DNA of 64,000 nt. Origin: Eledone cirrhosa (Eukaryota). The notes beneath the pieces were generated by a model. It was not told the origin of the DNA and made no database searches. It saw only the letters and a list, made by a program, of their open reading frames with translations. Numbering within the stretch: the stretch's first letter is position 1; every line of letters begins with the position of its first letter. Position numbers and translations under genes: made by a program. The DNA is taken from assembly GCA_964016885.1 (NCBI GenBank), contig OZ024741.1, forward strand, positions 264,492,001 through 264,556,000. The letters are read 5' to 3'. Shown piece by piece: positions 37,001 to 47,431 of the stretch.

Positions 37001-37487
37001 GCAGTGCTACCGGGGGGCGCTGCCGGTTCGGGATAAACTCTACAGGCACGGAAGTGCTGTCAGACGAACCTGCCCGAGATGCGCGCAGAGCGACGAAACC
37101 GTTCTGCACGCACTCGTCCAGTGTCCGTGCATTGCTGACTTGTGGGGTTATGTCGAACAGCTATTGTCGCGTGTAGAACGGATCCGGCTATCGTCCGAGT
37201 CCATAGTGAAGATTGACCCGCCGCCTTCTTTTGGTCAGGAAGGGCAGGCAATTTTCCTGTGCCTGGTGGCAGTAGCGAAAGAGGTTGCATGGTGGACCAG
37301 GTTGAAAGGACTGAAGACAGACACTTTTCTCTTCGGCCAATCCCTCATCAACTTCTTCAAGTTTCACTTGGAAAGGAAGGTGAGGGTGGAGAGAGAAGTG
37401 CTGCCCCCCAGTACATTTACTGAAAGGTGGGTGAATGTGGCGAGAATGGCCCGCGTGAGTGGGCCTACTCTGATCATGCGCCTGTAG
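34068..37487 (+). CDS. Tx1 ORF2 (copy 2, 1139 aa)
   Basis: All APE and RT motifs intact. Confidence 0.97.
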   Translation: MAIRVGSLNVRGLGSPWKQGHLLNDLRSLGMDVIAISETRISDTRALAPIFDDYQIFASVSRPGMGGGVAVLFRKCLDLEVRSIFRDPDGKLVVLDVSNSEGGAFRLVAVYAPTGAGRPDFFRRLENFLLTSRPLLLIGDWNGILEARWDCVGVSDRSGGCKSLKYLISQFQLSDRYRLDFPNAPVWTWTNRIGSSRSYIDRIFIRKRDRNSVGCPHFKTVAYSDHKLVICMVDLDKTRRLGPSYWKLNMSFPARKAYRNRVNNLVKQKLTGGVVNNRWWGALKREIRATSIGFSKEVAIEKNRKEEGLIAKLDEAICSGIATDVLAARMALDHFFNAKHEGCIVRAKARALRNEGTKAARWARFAETQRGNKTTIRSLTDRDGHELSDSKQMCEAFRQHFARLFGRMGESETAADFSPYLDGLPRLSTADAERCEEPITSAEIQDALVGCSSRKSPGLDGLPYELYVNMPDLFSDLLEALYCNWQQNGSIPSSVSRGVVTLIRKDENKRDTLDNFRPITLLNTEFKILAKVLAKRLALVVKDLVGEAQTCAIPTRSIHDNLHLMRYIIERVGCKPGFGGALINLDQSKAFDRVDHRYLEAVLEAAGFGPVFRSWIAAMYSGIRSVVEVNGHLSEPFQISRSVRQGCPLSSLLYVLTLEPLLRKLELLQGIPLEPGRRKAASAYADDITVMVSDTSEIEVIRTHLEEYERLTGAKLNPEKSVGLQLGTWRGKSMPSNSVVGRWTDGPVKLLGVWFGPDLQVDKNWDEVTSRIANLTQKWAERKLSLKGRAEVANAYIASVIYYRLTVVPCPRPRLANLERLLFKFLWRGRVPLVRRSICCQHPLRGGLGMPWLMMRRHALRLRHLQIFCLNGEQVWSPFVRRAFPQLISLTELQSWVKKRPRLGDWHLECCQALTALCKVGNAVSGTSTQDFYRGLVEGKCDDVLGEALGVNEVELTSMFRRTFEPGTMDNFQKSLAWQCYRGALPVRDKLYRHGSAVRRTCPRCAQSDETVLHALVQCPCIADLWGYVEQLLSRVERIRLSSESIVKIDPPPSFGQEGQAIFLCLVAVAKEVAWWTRLKGLKTDTFLFGQSLINFFKFHLERKVRVEREVLPPSTFTERWVNVARMARVSGPTLIMRL

Positions 37488-37967
37488 GCTGGTGAATTCG
37501 AGAAGGAGAGGGGTGCCCTTCCCGGGTGCCCTAGGAGCGTCGGGTGGCTCAGGACTGGTGGGGTGCTTGAGTCAACCCTGGGTGGTGATCCCTCTTATTG
37601 GGGAACTTTCATTGTTGTATTTTTATTGTTATTTTGTTTTTTTTGTTATTTATACTTACTCGATCTCTATGTAAACCCCCACTGTCCCTGTCTATTGTGT
37701 TGTCCCCTATATGTCGGCCCTTGTGGCCAATAAATGAAATCATTATTATTATTATTGACGAAAGTGGATGTACGTTTTTTGAAGCTCCGTGAGTAAGCAA
37801 TTTTTTGAGGATTAATTGTAGAGAATTGTTTATTTTTTGTACCGCTGAAGCATTATAAGACATTAATTTGTATCCTGTGAAGGAATAACTCATAATATTT
37901 GGGCCTTTTGGCCCAAATATTTGAACTTTATTTTGAAAAAAAATAATAATTTTTTTCTCAAAAAAAC

Positions 37968-39840
37968 ATGGCGGAGCCACGCCCCCTAGAGGCGGGTCTG
38001 CTGTCGTGCAACGGCGACTTGAGCGTTGAGAGGAGAGGTGAGGCGAGGAGCGCCACCAGCACGAATGTGAGCAGCGACAGTGCCAGCACCAACGGGCCGA
38101 GCGGCGCGGAAGGTGGTAACAGCGACAACACCAACACCAACAAGCCGAACAGCGCAGAAGGTGGTAATAGCGAGAGCACCAACAAAACGAACAGCACAGA
38201 GAGTAATAGTAGCGACAGCAACAGCACCAACAAGGCCAACAGCACAGAGGGTAACCACGACACAGGGGAGAACAACAACAGCAATAGCAGCAGCAACACC
38301 AACAAGAACAACAACAGTGACAACACCAACAAGAACACCTTCGCTGCTGTGGCAGCGGCTAAAAGGAGACCATGCTACAGCATCGACTTAACCAACAGAG
38401 AGGAAAAGTTGGCCCAGGCCTGGAAAATCATAAATCAAGAGCAGACCTGGGCAAACTTAACTGTCCCGGCAGAAGCCATTGAGGCAGTGGAAAAAAGAAC
38501 GGTGCATTTCAGATGCATCTCAGTAGAGACAAAGAGGGCAGCGATAATCGCCCAAGCTGATATAGAAGCCGCACTGAAATACATCAGAGAGGACACAGAC
38601 TTCATAGAGAGGGGCAGGCAATACGGCACCGTTTCGGTGCTGTTCAAGTCTGAAGCCCTCGCTGTGAAGCATTCAATGACCCCTTGCAAAACCAGCAAGG
38701 TTATAATGTACCCCTCCCACATGGGAAAACGAATAGCACGTGTGCGCATTCCCAGGATTCCCCCAGGACTTGATATGTGGTGGCTCCTGGGTTGAGTAAT
38801 CGTGGAAGGAACGGATACAGCCCCGGTAGAGGCAACGAGAACTGCCAGGGACGACTGGTCCGGGGTTGATCTGGAGATACTGCTCCAAATCAGACCCGAA
38901 AACGTAAAAGCAATCCCGGACCACATCCGCCTCCAAAACGGGAGGGTGTTGCATATAATGACTGAGGGCAAAAGGCCGCATTGTTTCCTTTGTGGGGAAA
39001 CGACACACTTGCGAGCCTTCTGCCCTCAACTGCCGAAAAGCGCAAGGACCACCAGCAACACCGTCAACAATGGAACCACCAAAATTGCACACCCAGGGGG
39101 GAAACGAGGAAAGCTCTCCCATTCCCCCTCCCCCCCAAAATACACACACGAACAAGAACATAAACACTCACTCAGACACAAACACGCTCACAGCCACAGA
39201 CCCCTCATCCTCCAGCAGTGAAGATGAGGGAAAACCAAAGTCCCCCAAAATACAAAAAACAAAACACAAAAAACAAAGAAATCCACAAAGCACAAACACC
39301 CCCACAAAAAAAAATACACACACCACCCACACAAACATTTTCCCCACAGCATCACCAACACAACCACCAAAATCCCCCAAACGCAAACAAGCTAAACAGA
39401 CACAAGAACAAATAGACACACAAACATCAGAAACTACAGACACCCCACCCACAACAAACGCAGACACAATAGAAACAACACTAACAAAGCTATCACCACC
39501 ACAATCACACGAACAAATAAAACCCGAGCAACAAAACATTAAAAACTTCGTGCTTGCCAGAAGGGCCAACAAGGAATTGATGGCCCATGTAGCACGAAGC
39601 ACAAACATCGAAAAAGACGGGGAAACATTTGAAGCGAGCACATTTCGCGTACCAGATAATTTGCTTCTGATGCGAATGTCGCTCGCTTCATACAAAGAAA
39701 TTCGAAAGAGCTTTCCTCGGGATGTGGGAACCCCGAACGTAAAACCCACGTCAAGACTATTAAAGGGGTTCCCAAAAGAAACCCCACAAACCATGGAGGT
39801 CGAACCACCCGACCTTCACAAGACCCCGGAAGGTAAGTAA
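37968..39840 (+). pseudogene. Tx1 ORF1 pseudogene (copy 3)
   Basis: TGC>TGA stop and frameshifting deletion between CAAGG microhomologies. Confidence 0.9.
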
Positions 39841-39869
39841 ACCTTTCCTCTCCCATTCATCCTGCCAGC

Positions 39870-42800
39870 ATGGCCATAAGAGTAGGAAGTTTAAATGTTC
39901 GTGGCCTGGGGTCGCCCTGGAAGCAAGGTCACTTGCTCAACGACCTCGGGTCACTAGGAATGGATGTAATTGCCATCAGCGAGACCAGAATTTCCGACAC
40001 ACGCGCACTGGCGCCGATTTTTGACGATTATCAGATCTTTGCATCTGTTAGTCGGCCGGGAATGGGAGGTGGAGTGGCTGTGCTGTTTAGGAAATGTCTG
40101 GATCTCGAGGTAAGGTCAATCTTCCGGGATCCTGACGGAAAGTTGGTGGTCCTGGACGTGAGCAATAGCGAAGGTGGTGCCTTTAGACTGGTGGCCGTCT
40201 ACGCCCCTACTGGGGCCGGTCGGCCGGACTTCTTTAGGCGCCTGGAAAACTTTCTGCTTACGTCTCGCCCTTTACTGTTAATAGGGGATTGGAATGGCAT
40301 CTTAGAAGCACGCTGGGATTGTGTGGGAGTATCTGATAGGAGCGGGGGGTGCAAAAGCCTCAAGTACCTGATCAGCCAGTTTCAACTGTCTGACAGGTAC
40401 CGACTAGATTTCCCTAATGCGCCAGTATGGACCTGGACCAATCGCATAGGGTCATCTAGATCGTACATAGATAGGATTTTCATTAGGAAAAGAGATAGAA
40501 ATAGTGTAGGATGTCCACATTTTAAAACGGTTGCCTATTCAGATCACAAGCTTGTGATCTGTATGGTCGACCTAGATAAGACACGTAGGTTAGGACCTAG
40601 CTACTGGAAGCTAAACATGTCGTTTCCGGCACGTAAAGCTTACAGGGACCGGGTCAACAACTTAGTTAAGCAAAAGTTGACAGGGGGGGTTGTCAACAAC
40701 AGGTGGTGGGGGGCACTCAAAAGAGAGATTAGAGCAACCTCGATAGGATTTAGCAAAGAAGTAGCAATAGAGAAAAATAGAAAGGAGGAGGGGCTGATAG
40801 CTAAGTTAGACGAGGCTATTTGTAGTGGCATTGCAACAGACGTGCTAGCGGCGAGAATGGCACTAGACCATTTCTTCAATGCGAAACACGAAGGTTGCAT
40901 TGTCAGAGCTAAGGCGCGTGCTCTGAGGAACGAGGGAACCAAAGCTGCCCGATGGGCTCGCTTTGCAGAGACGCAGCGTGGAAATAAAACCACAATTCGG
41001 TCTTTGACGGATCGAGATGGACACGAACTGAGCGATTCCAAGCAGATGTGTGAGGCCTTTCGCCAGCACTTTGCTCGATTGTTCGGGAGGATGGGTGAGT
41101 CGGAGACGGCGGCGGACTTCAGTCCCTACCTCGACGGCTTGCCACGCCTCTCGACGGCCGACGCTGAGCGCTGCGAAGAGCCGATAACATCAGTCGAAAT
41201 TCAGGACGCCCTTGTCGGCTGCTCGAGTCGCAAGTCACCCGGTTTGGATGGTCTGCCCTACGAGCTTTACGTAAATATGCCAGACTTGTTCTCCGATCTC
41301 CTCGAAGCGCTCTACTGCAACTGGCAGCAGAACGGGAGCATTCCCAGTTCTGTGAGCCGTGGCGTAGTGACGCTGATAAGGAAAGACGAGAACAAGAGGG
41401 ACACACTAGATAATTTCAGGCCCATAACCCTGCTCAACACAGAGTTTAAGATTTTGGCCAAGGTGTTAGCGAAAAGGTTGGCGCTTGTCGTCAAAGATTT
41501 GGTTGGGGAGGCGCAAACTTGCGCAATCCCGACCAGGTCCATACACGACAACCTCCACCTCATGCGATACATCATAGAGAGGGTTGGGTGCAAACCTGGC
41601 TTCGGTGGGGCTCTGATCAATTTAGATCAATCGAAAGCATTCGATAGGGTCGACCATCGGTACTTGGAGGCTGTCCTCGAGGCGGCTGGCTTCGGCCCCG
41701 TCTTCAGAAGCTGGATCGCTGCAATGTACAGCGGCATCTGCTCGGTGGTCAAAGTTAATGGCCACCTCTCGGAACCGTTTCAGATCTCTCGATCGGTCCG
41801 TCAAGGGTGCCCTCTCTCCTCACTTCTGTACGTATTGACTCTTGAGCCTCTACTGCGGAAGCTGGAGTTGTTGCAGGGCATCCCGCTCGAACCGGGACGC
41901 AGAAAGGCTGCGTCCGCTTATGCGGACGACATCACCGTGATGGTGTCGGACACCTCGGAAATCGAGGTGATCCGCACCCATTTGGAGGAATATGAAAGGT
42001 TGACGGGAGCAAAACTTAACCCGGAAAAGTCGGTGGGCTTGCAGCTCGGCACCTGGAGAGGCAAGTCCATGCCGTCCAACAGCGTCGTTGGGCGCTGGAC
42101 AGACGGACCGGTAAAGTTGCTCGGGGTTTGGTTCGGACCAGACCTCCAGGTGGATAAGAATTGGGACGAGGTGACGAGCAGGATAGCCAACCTCACCCAG
42201 AAATGGGCTGAGAGAAAGCTATCACTGAAAGGGCGGGCGGAGGTGGCGAACGCGTACATCGCGTCCGTCATCTACTACCGCCTGACCGTCGTGCCTTGCC
42301 CCCGTCCACGCCTCGCCAATTTGGAACGGCTCCTTTTCAAATTTTTGTGGAGGGGACGGGTCCCGTTGGTGAGGCGGTCCATCTGCTGCCAGCACCCTCT
42401 TCGTGGAGGGCTGGGCATGCCGTGGCTAATGATGCGCAGACATGCGCTGAGGCTGCGACATCTCCAGATATTTTGCCTAAACGGTGAACAGGTGTGGTCG
42501 CCGTTTGTTAGACGGGCCTTTCCGCAGCTCATCTCTTTGACTGAGCTGCAGTCCTGGGTCAAGAAGAGACCGAGACTGGGCGACTGGCATCTGGAATGTT
42601 GCCAGGCGCTCACTGCACTCTGCAAGGTGGGCAATGCGGTCAGTGGAACTTCCACTCAAGATTTCTATAGAGGATTAGTGGAGGGCAAGTGCGATGACGC
42701 ACTAGGAGAGGCTCTGGGCGTCAACGAAGTAGAACTGACCAGTATGTTCCGGAGGACTTTCGAGCCGGGGACGATGGATAACTTCCAGAAATCCCTCGCT

Positions 42801-43289
42801 TGGCAGTGCTACCGGGGGGCGCTGCCGGTTCGGGATAAACTCTACAGGCACGGAAGTGCTGTCAGACGAACCTGCCCGAGATGCGCGCAGAGCGACGAAA
42901 CCGTTCTGCACGCACTCGTCCAGTGTCCGTGCATTGCTGACTTGTGGGGTTATGTCGAACAGCTATTGTCGCGTGTAGAACGGATCCGGCTATCGTCCGA
43001 GTCCATAGTGAAGATTGACCCGCCGCCTTCTTTTGGTCAGGAAGGGCAGGCAATTTTCCTCTGCCTGGTGGCAGTAGCGAAAGAGGTTGCATGGTGGACC
43101 AGGTTGAAAGGACTGAAGACAGACACTTTTCTCTTCGGCCAATCCCTCATCAACTTCTTCAAGTTTCACTTGGAAAGGAAGGTGAGGGTGGAGAGAGAAG
43201 TGCTGCCCCCCAGTACATTTACTGAAAGGTGGGTGAATGTGGCGAGAATGGCCCGCGTGAGTGGGCCTACTCTGATCATGCGCCTGTAG
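39870..43289 (+). CDS. Tx1 ORF2 (copy 3, 1139 aa, open)
   Basis: All motifs intact. Confidence 0.95.
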   Translation: MAIRVGSLNVRGLGSPWKQGHLLNDLGSLGMDVIAISETRISDTRALAPIFDDYQIFASVSRPGMGGGVAVLFRKCLDLEVRSIFRDPDGKLVVLDVSNSEGGAFRLVAVYAPTGAGRPDFFRRLENFLLTSRPLLLIGDWNGILEARWDCVGVSDRSGGCKSLKYLISQFQLSDRYRLDFPNAPVWTWTNRIGSSRSYIDRIFIRKRDRNSVGCPHFKTVAYSDHKLVICMVDLDKTRRLGPSYWKLNMSFPARKAYRDRVNNLVKQKLTGGVVNNRWWGALKREIRATSIGFSKEVAIEKNRKEEGLIAKLDEAICSGIATDVLAARMALDHFFNAKHEGCIVRAKARALRNEGTKAARWARFAETQRGNKTTIRSLTDRDGHELSDSKQMCEAFRQHFARLFGRMGESETAADFSPYLDGLPRLSTADAERCEEPITSVEIQDALVGCSSRKSPGLDGLPYELYVNMPDLFSDLLEALYCNWQQNGSIPSSVSRGVVTLIRKDENKRDTLDNFRPITLLNTEFKILAKVLAKRLALVVKDLVGEAQTCAIPTRSIHDNLHLMRYIIERVGCKPGFGGALINLDQSKAFDRVDHRYLEAVLEAAGFGPVFRSWIAAMYSGICSVVKVNGHLSEPFQISRSVRQGCPLSSLLYVLTLEPLLRKLELLQGIPLEPGRRKAASAYADDITVMVSDTSEIEVIRTHLEEYERLTGAKLNPEKSVGLQLGTWRGKSMPSNSVVGRWTDGPVKLLGVWFGPDLQVDKNWDEVTSRIANLTQKWAERKLSLKGRAEVANAYIASVIYYRLTVVPCPRPRLANLERLLFKFLWRGRVPLVRRSICCQHPLRGGLGMPWLMMRRHALRLRHLQIFCLNGEQVWSPFVRRAFPQLISLTELQSWVKKRPRLGDWHLECCQALTALCKVGNAVSGTSTQDFYRGLVEGKCDDALGEALGVNEVELTSMFRRTFEPGTMDNFQKSLAWQCYRGALPVRDKLYRHGSAVRRTCPRCAQSDETVLHALVQCPCIADLWGYVEQLLSRVERIRLSSESIVKIDPPPSFGQEGQAIFLCLVAVAKEVAWWTRLKGLKTDTFLFGQSLINFFKFHLERKVRVEREVLPPSTFTERWVNVARMARVSGPTLIMRL

Positions 43290-43483
43290 GCTGGTGAATT
43301 CGAGAAGGAGAGGGGTGCCCTTCCCGGGTGCCCTAGGAGCGTCGGGTGGCTCAGGACTGGTGGGGTGCTTGAGTCAACCCTGGGTGGTGATCCCTCTTAT
43401 TGGGGAACTTTCATTGTTGTATTTTTATTATGTAAACCCCCACTGTCCCTGTCTATTGTGTTGTCCCCTATATGTCGGCCCTT

Positions 43484-43665
43484 ATATTATTATTTTTTTT
43501 AATTTTTTTTTTTTTATTTTTTTTTATTTATTTATTTATTTTTTTTATTTATTTATTTTTTTTTTATTATTTTTTTTTTAATTATTATTTTTTTTTTTTA
43601 TTTATTTATTTATTTTTTATTTTTTTTTTTTATTATTTTTTTTTTTTTTATTTTTTTTTTTTTAT
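43484..43665. repeat. T-rich low-complexity tract, right flank of the array
   Basis: Same composition as 25300-25865. Confidence 0.9.
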
Positions 43666-44073
43666 TTTCCGGTCTATTTTTCTATCTATTCTCTCTATTT
43701 ATTTTTCTATATACTTATAACAGAAAATATATTAGAAAAGAATTTTAACAACTAATTAATCGTAAATACACGTAACATTACATATATACTTAGAATATAT
43801 TTCCACCAAATTACGTTATATGAGTTTTATTCATCCTCTTGTTAATTTCTTCTCTCTATCTCTCTCGTAATATTTTTATTTTTTCTATCTCCCTTTTTTC
43901 TCTCTTTCTCCAGTGTCATTTAAATAAACGGTTGTTTTTCAATTATTTACATATTCATTTGCATATTCACACATAAGTTTGAATAATCCCTAATATATTT
44001 TCACTATCCAGTGAATTTCCAACCGATAAGGTATATTTTCATGGATATGTCTCTATTTATAAAACAAACTTTG

Positions 44074-44138
44074 TATTTTATCTGATGAATGCGTACCAAT
44101 GTTGTCTTGGTTACCCTTGAAATATATATAATAAAATA
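44074..44138 (+). ncRNA. Type I minimal hammerhead ribozyme in Penelope 3' pLTR
   Basis: tattttat-CTGATGA-stem II-GAAA-tatata-TA-ataaaata; perfect stem I. Confidence 0.78.
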
Positions 44139-44274
44139 AATATGGTTTTATAAATATAGTTTCCATTTATTTAATATAATTGAATATTTACTCCAGTAAC
44201 TTGTTGAGTGCTCTAAATCAGTTATAAACATTTATATTTGTCGGACTTCCAACAAATTAAATACCACTTCTACT

Positions 44275-44335
<61 letters not shown>

Positions 44336-44464
44336 GGTGCGTAACAACAATTATAAGCGGCGCGCCGTTCGAATCACTCGATGCTGTTACGTGGTCTGTT
44401 TCGTTTGGGTTGTATTATGCAAATAAGATGTGTACATATGCTGCAACACTCACTTCGATTCTTT

Positions 44465-44531
<67 letters not shown>

Positions 44532-44825
44532 CTATAAAGTATGCCCATAGAACCATTTGATAATATATATACACCATTTCCTCTCCCAATTAGCATAATT
44601 AACCACTCAAAAAAACAATTAGACCAGGCTATAAGATTAAAAGGCATCTATGAAGAAATAGTAGATAAATAAACGACAGCAATCTCTTCGCGACCAACCG
44701 CCATAGAATATTTACCCAACATTTCAACAGCACGTGGAAATCGATTAAATATACCGTCAACCATACACAATTAGGTATAAAATTAAAGTTAGAAGAAAAA
44801 ATGCATATACACATACCAGGATCAC

Positions 44826-44905
44826 GTTTCTACCCTAGGGTTTCGTTCGCTTTCGGAAATATCCTATTATGGATAAAATCTCGAGCTTCGAACTCATCAG
44901 GAAAC
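44826..44905 (-). ncRNA. Type I hammerhead ribozyme with extended stem II
   Basis: gtttc-CTGATGA-gttcg..cgaac-GAAA-ccctaggg-TA-gaaac. Confidence 0.82.
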
Positions 44906-45161
44906 AAACTCATTTGGACAAAGGATTTTCTTAAGTGATCTCCGCCAGAAACGAATTCAAAATGGCTAAGAACTGTGACGTGGCAGTGGTCAAGTCAGAA
45001 AGAATGTGATTGGTTGCTTACGGCGAGTTGGCTGGTTGGTAGAAAGCGCAGCCCAATATTGCCCAAATTGCATCTCAACCTTACGGGAGATTATTAAATA
45101 TAAAGATTTACATATACACAAACTAGACATATATATATATATGTGTGTGTGTGTGTATGTA

Positions 45162-45234
<73 letters not shown>

Positions 45235-46063
45235 CCACCCCTGGTCTAATTAAAATATACACAGACATGTATATAATGTAAAATGAAATTGAAAGGTCCT
45301 TCTCATTTAAGGATATTTTTTAAATATGTCAAAACATAATTTTTTAATCGTATTCACTTGAAAATAATAAAAAAAAAATGTTAATATTGTCTGTAAAAAA
45401 AGCTGAAATATAAAAATACTTACTGTACGAACAACTTGTATTTTTGAAATCACATTCACTTTAAAATATTTCTAAATTATTAAAATATTCTGTTTAACAA
45501 AGGCAAAAATATAACGTTTACTGTAAAAACAACTCGTATTTTTCAGTCATATTCACTTAAAAATGTGATTTTTTAATAATTAAAATATCGAAATCATATT
45601 CACTGACAAAACACTGAAGAAAAAATGTTTAATGTATTTTTAAAATCCTATTCACATAAAAATATTTTTGAATAATGAAAATATTGTCTATGTCCGATTT
45701 ACTCCAAACTTATTTTATTCCGTTTGTATTCCCATTTCAGGGTTATTTTACTTTCGGAGTATTTTCCCGTTATGCACCGTTTTCGCTATTTATGAAGGTA
45801 CCCGGAAAAAAACCCAATATCTCGGGAACGTGTGCTTCGATTTACGCAAAACTTGTTTTATTCCATTTGTATTCTCATTTCAGGGTCAACTTCCTTTCAA
45901 AGTATTTTCCCATTATGCGCTCTTTTGGCTGTATTACATTACAGACAAGCAAGCAAGCTATCACAAACTTTTAGTATTATATATATATAACGAAGGAAGT
46001 GTGGTAAGGAACCAGGTGGACCATAACGCACCAGAGTACTTAGAGTAGTAGAGTTGGTAATAG

Positions 46064-46153
46064 GAAAATGTTTAACTCCGACGGCAGAGCTCAAGCCGTT
46101 TCGACAGCTATAGCCCTCGAAATGGCTTGAGCTCTGCCGTCGGGGTTAAACAT

Positions 46154-46157
<4 letters not shown>
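46064..46157. repeat. ~41-bp-arm inverted repeat (hairpin)
   Basis: gaaaatgtttaactccgacggcagagctcaagccgtttcga ... tcgaaatggcttgagctctgccgtcggggttaaacattttc. Confidence 0.85.
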
Positions 46158-46197
<40 letters not shown>

Positions 46198-46734
46198 TAC
46201 AAACTCTGCTAAGAGTACAGAAATTGCTTGGAGAATTATAGAGTTTGGTGCACTTTTAGGCTACGGCCAGCCACACGAACCTGTAACATATCCTGAACAA
46301 GCAATGCCTATGCTTTGAAGGTGTTTTAAGTGGGGAAAGGCCTTGCACTCGACCAATCCCACTCTCTGAGCATCGAAAACACTACCCGAAAAGGAGAACT
46401 AGTGAACATCATCGGATGCTTCCGAAGCCGCAGATTTATTTTCAGAGTTTCCCTCTCCTAGAAAGGTGTTGTGACAACAACTGGGGTCTTTCACTTCCAG
46501 GTGAAAAAAAAGGTACTATTTGGATGGCCGTTGGCTCTGCTGAGTTCCTCCACCCTTTGCTGGGTCTTGCATTTCATCCTGCAGGGTGTCAAAATATCAC
46601 CCTCCTCACCAAGCAAGCTTGGTGAGGTTGCCGGTTTAGTCGCTGACGACCCGACCATGAGACATATATATACATACATACATATATACATATGTATATG
46701 AATATATATTTATTTGTTTGTTTATTTATTAATA

Positions 46735-46864
46735 TACGTCCCTTTATGATCTGAGTTCAAATCCCGCCGAGGTTGACTTTGCCTTTCATCCTTACGGGGT
46801 CGATAAAATAAAGTACCAGTAATGAACTGGGTAATTGCTGGCCTTGTGCCTAAAGTAGAAACAA
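46735..46864 (+). mobile_element. tRNA-SINE fragment (another partial minus copy at 47283-47352)
   Basis: B box GAGTTCAAATCCC plus conserved core. Confidence 0.75.
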
Positions 46865-47079
46865 ATATATACAGCTACTAAAGGGATTCTTTCCCATCAT
46901 CCTCAGGCTCACATTTAAATATTTCTTTTAATATCATCAGTATGGCTTATAAAAATATAAGAAGAAAAATGTTAAAGATGGTTTCCTGTGTGTTGTGACC
47001 AAACATGTGTGTATAGAAGTAGTTCCTAACCTTTTGTACACAATGCTTCACCTCAAACATCTCAAAAATCGTATATACA

Positions 47080-47123
<44 letters not shown>

Positions 47124-47142
47124 TGTATATACGATTTTTGAG

Positions 47143-47175
<33 letters not shown>

Positions 47176-47182
47176 CATACAT

Positions 47183-47215
<33 letters not shown>

Positions 47216-47398
47216 CCCTCGTAATTCTAGACACAGAATTTACTGTGTTTATTTCTACATATATTATTATTATTATTATAATTGTTTCTACTTTTAGGCA
47301 CAAGGCCAGCAATTATCCCAGTGCATTACTGGTACTTTATTTTATCGACCCTGTTAATTGCAGGGTATCAATATGAGTTAATAACTCTATATTTTATT

Positions 47399-47431
<33 letters not shown>

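Larger units (their letters stand above)
31944..37756 (+). mobile_element. Tx1 array copy 2 (intact, 5813 bp)
   Basis: Near-identical to copy 1; (ATT)5 tail. Confidence 0.95.
37757..43483 (+). mobile_element. Tx1 array copy 3 (ORF1 broken, 3' end truncated)
   Basis: 27-bp insertion, TGA stop at 38793, 38-bp deletion, ~40-bp 3' UTR deletion, no terminal AATAAA. Confidence 0.93.
23832..44275 (+). mobile_element. 5'-truncated Penelope element with inverted 5' pLTR, split by the Tx1 array
   Basis: 23832-24415 is the reverse complement of ~43660-44186; GIY-YIG tail at 24417-24790; AT-rich 3' UTR; pLTR with hammerhead ending in (TA)n at ~44275. Confidence 0.85.

Noticed and set aside
23832-44275. 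Giant TIR DNA transposon (Polinton-like or composite) carrying RT genes
   Set aside because: The arms are a Penelope pLTR and its 5' inversion, asymmetric in length, with no transposase or integrase and no recognisable TSD
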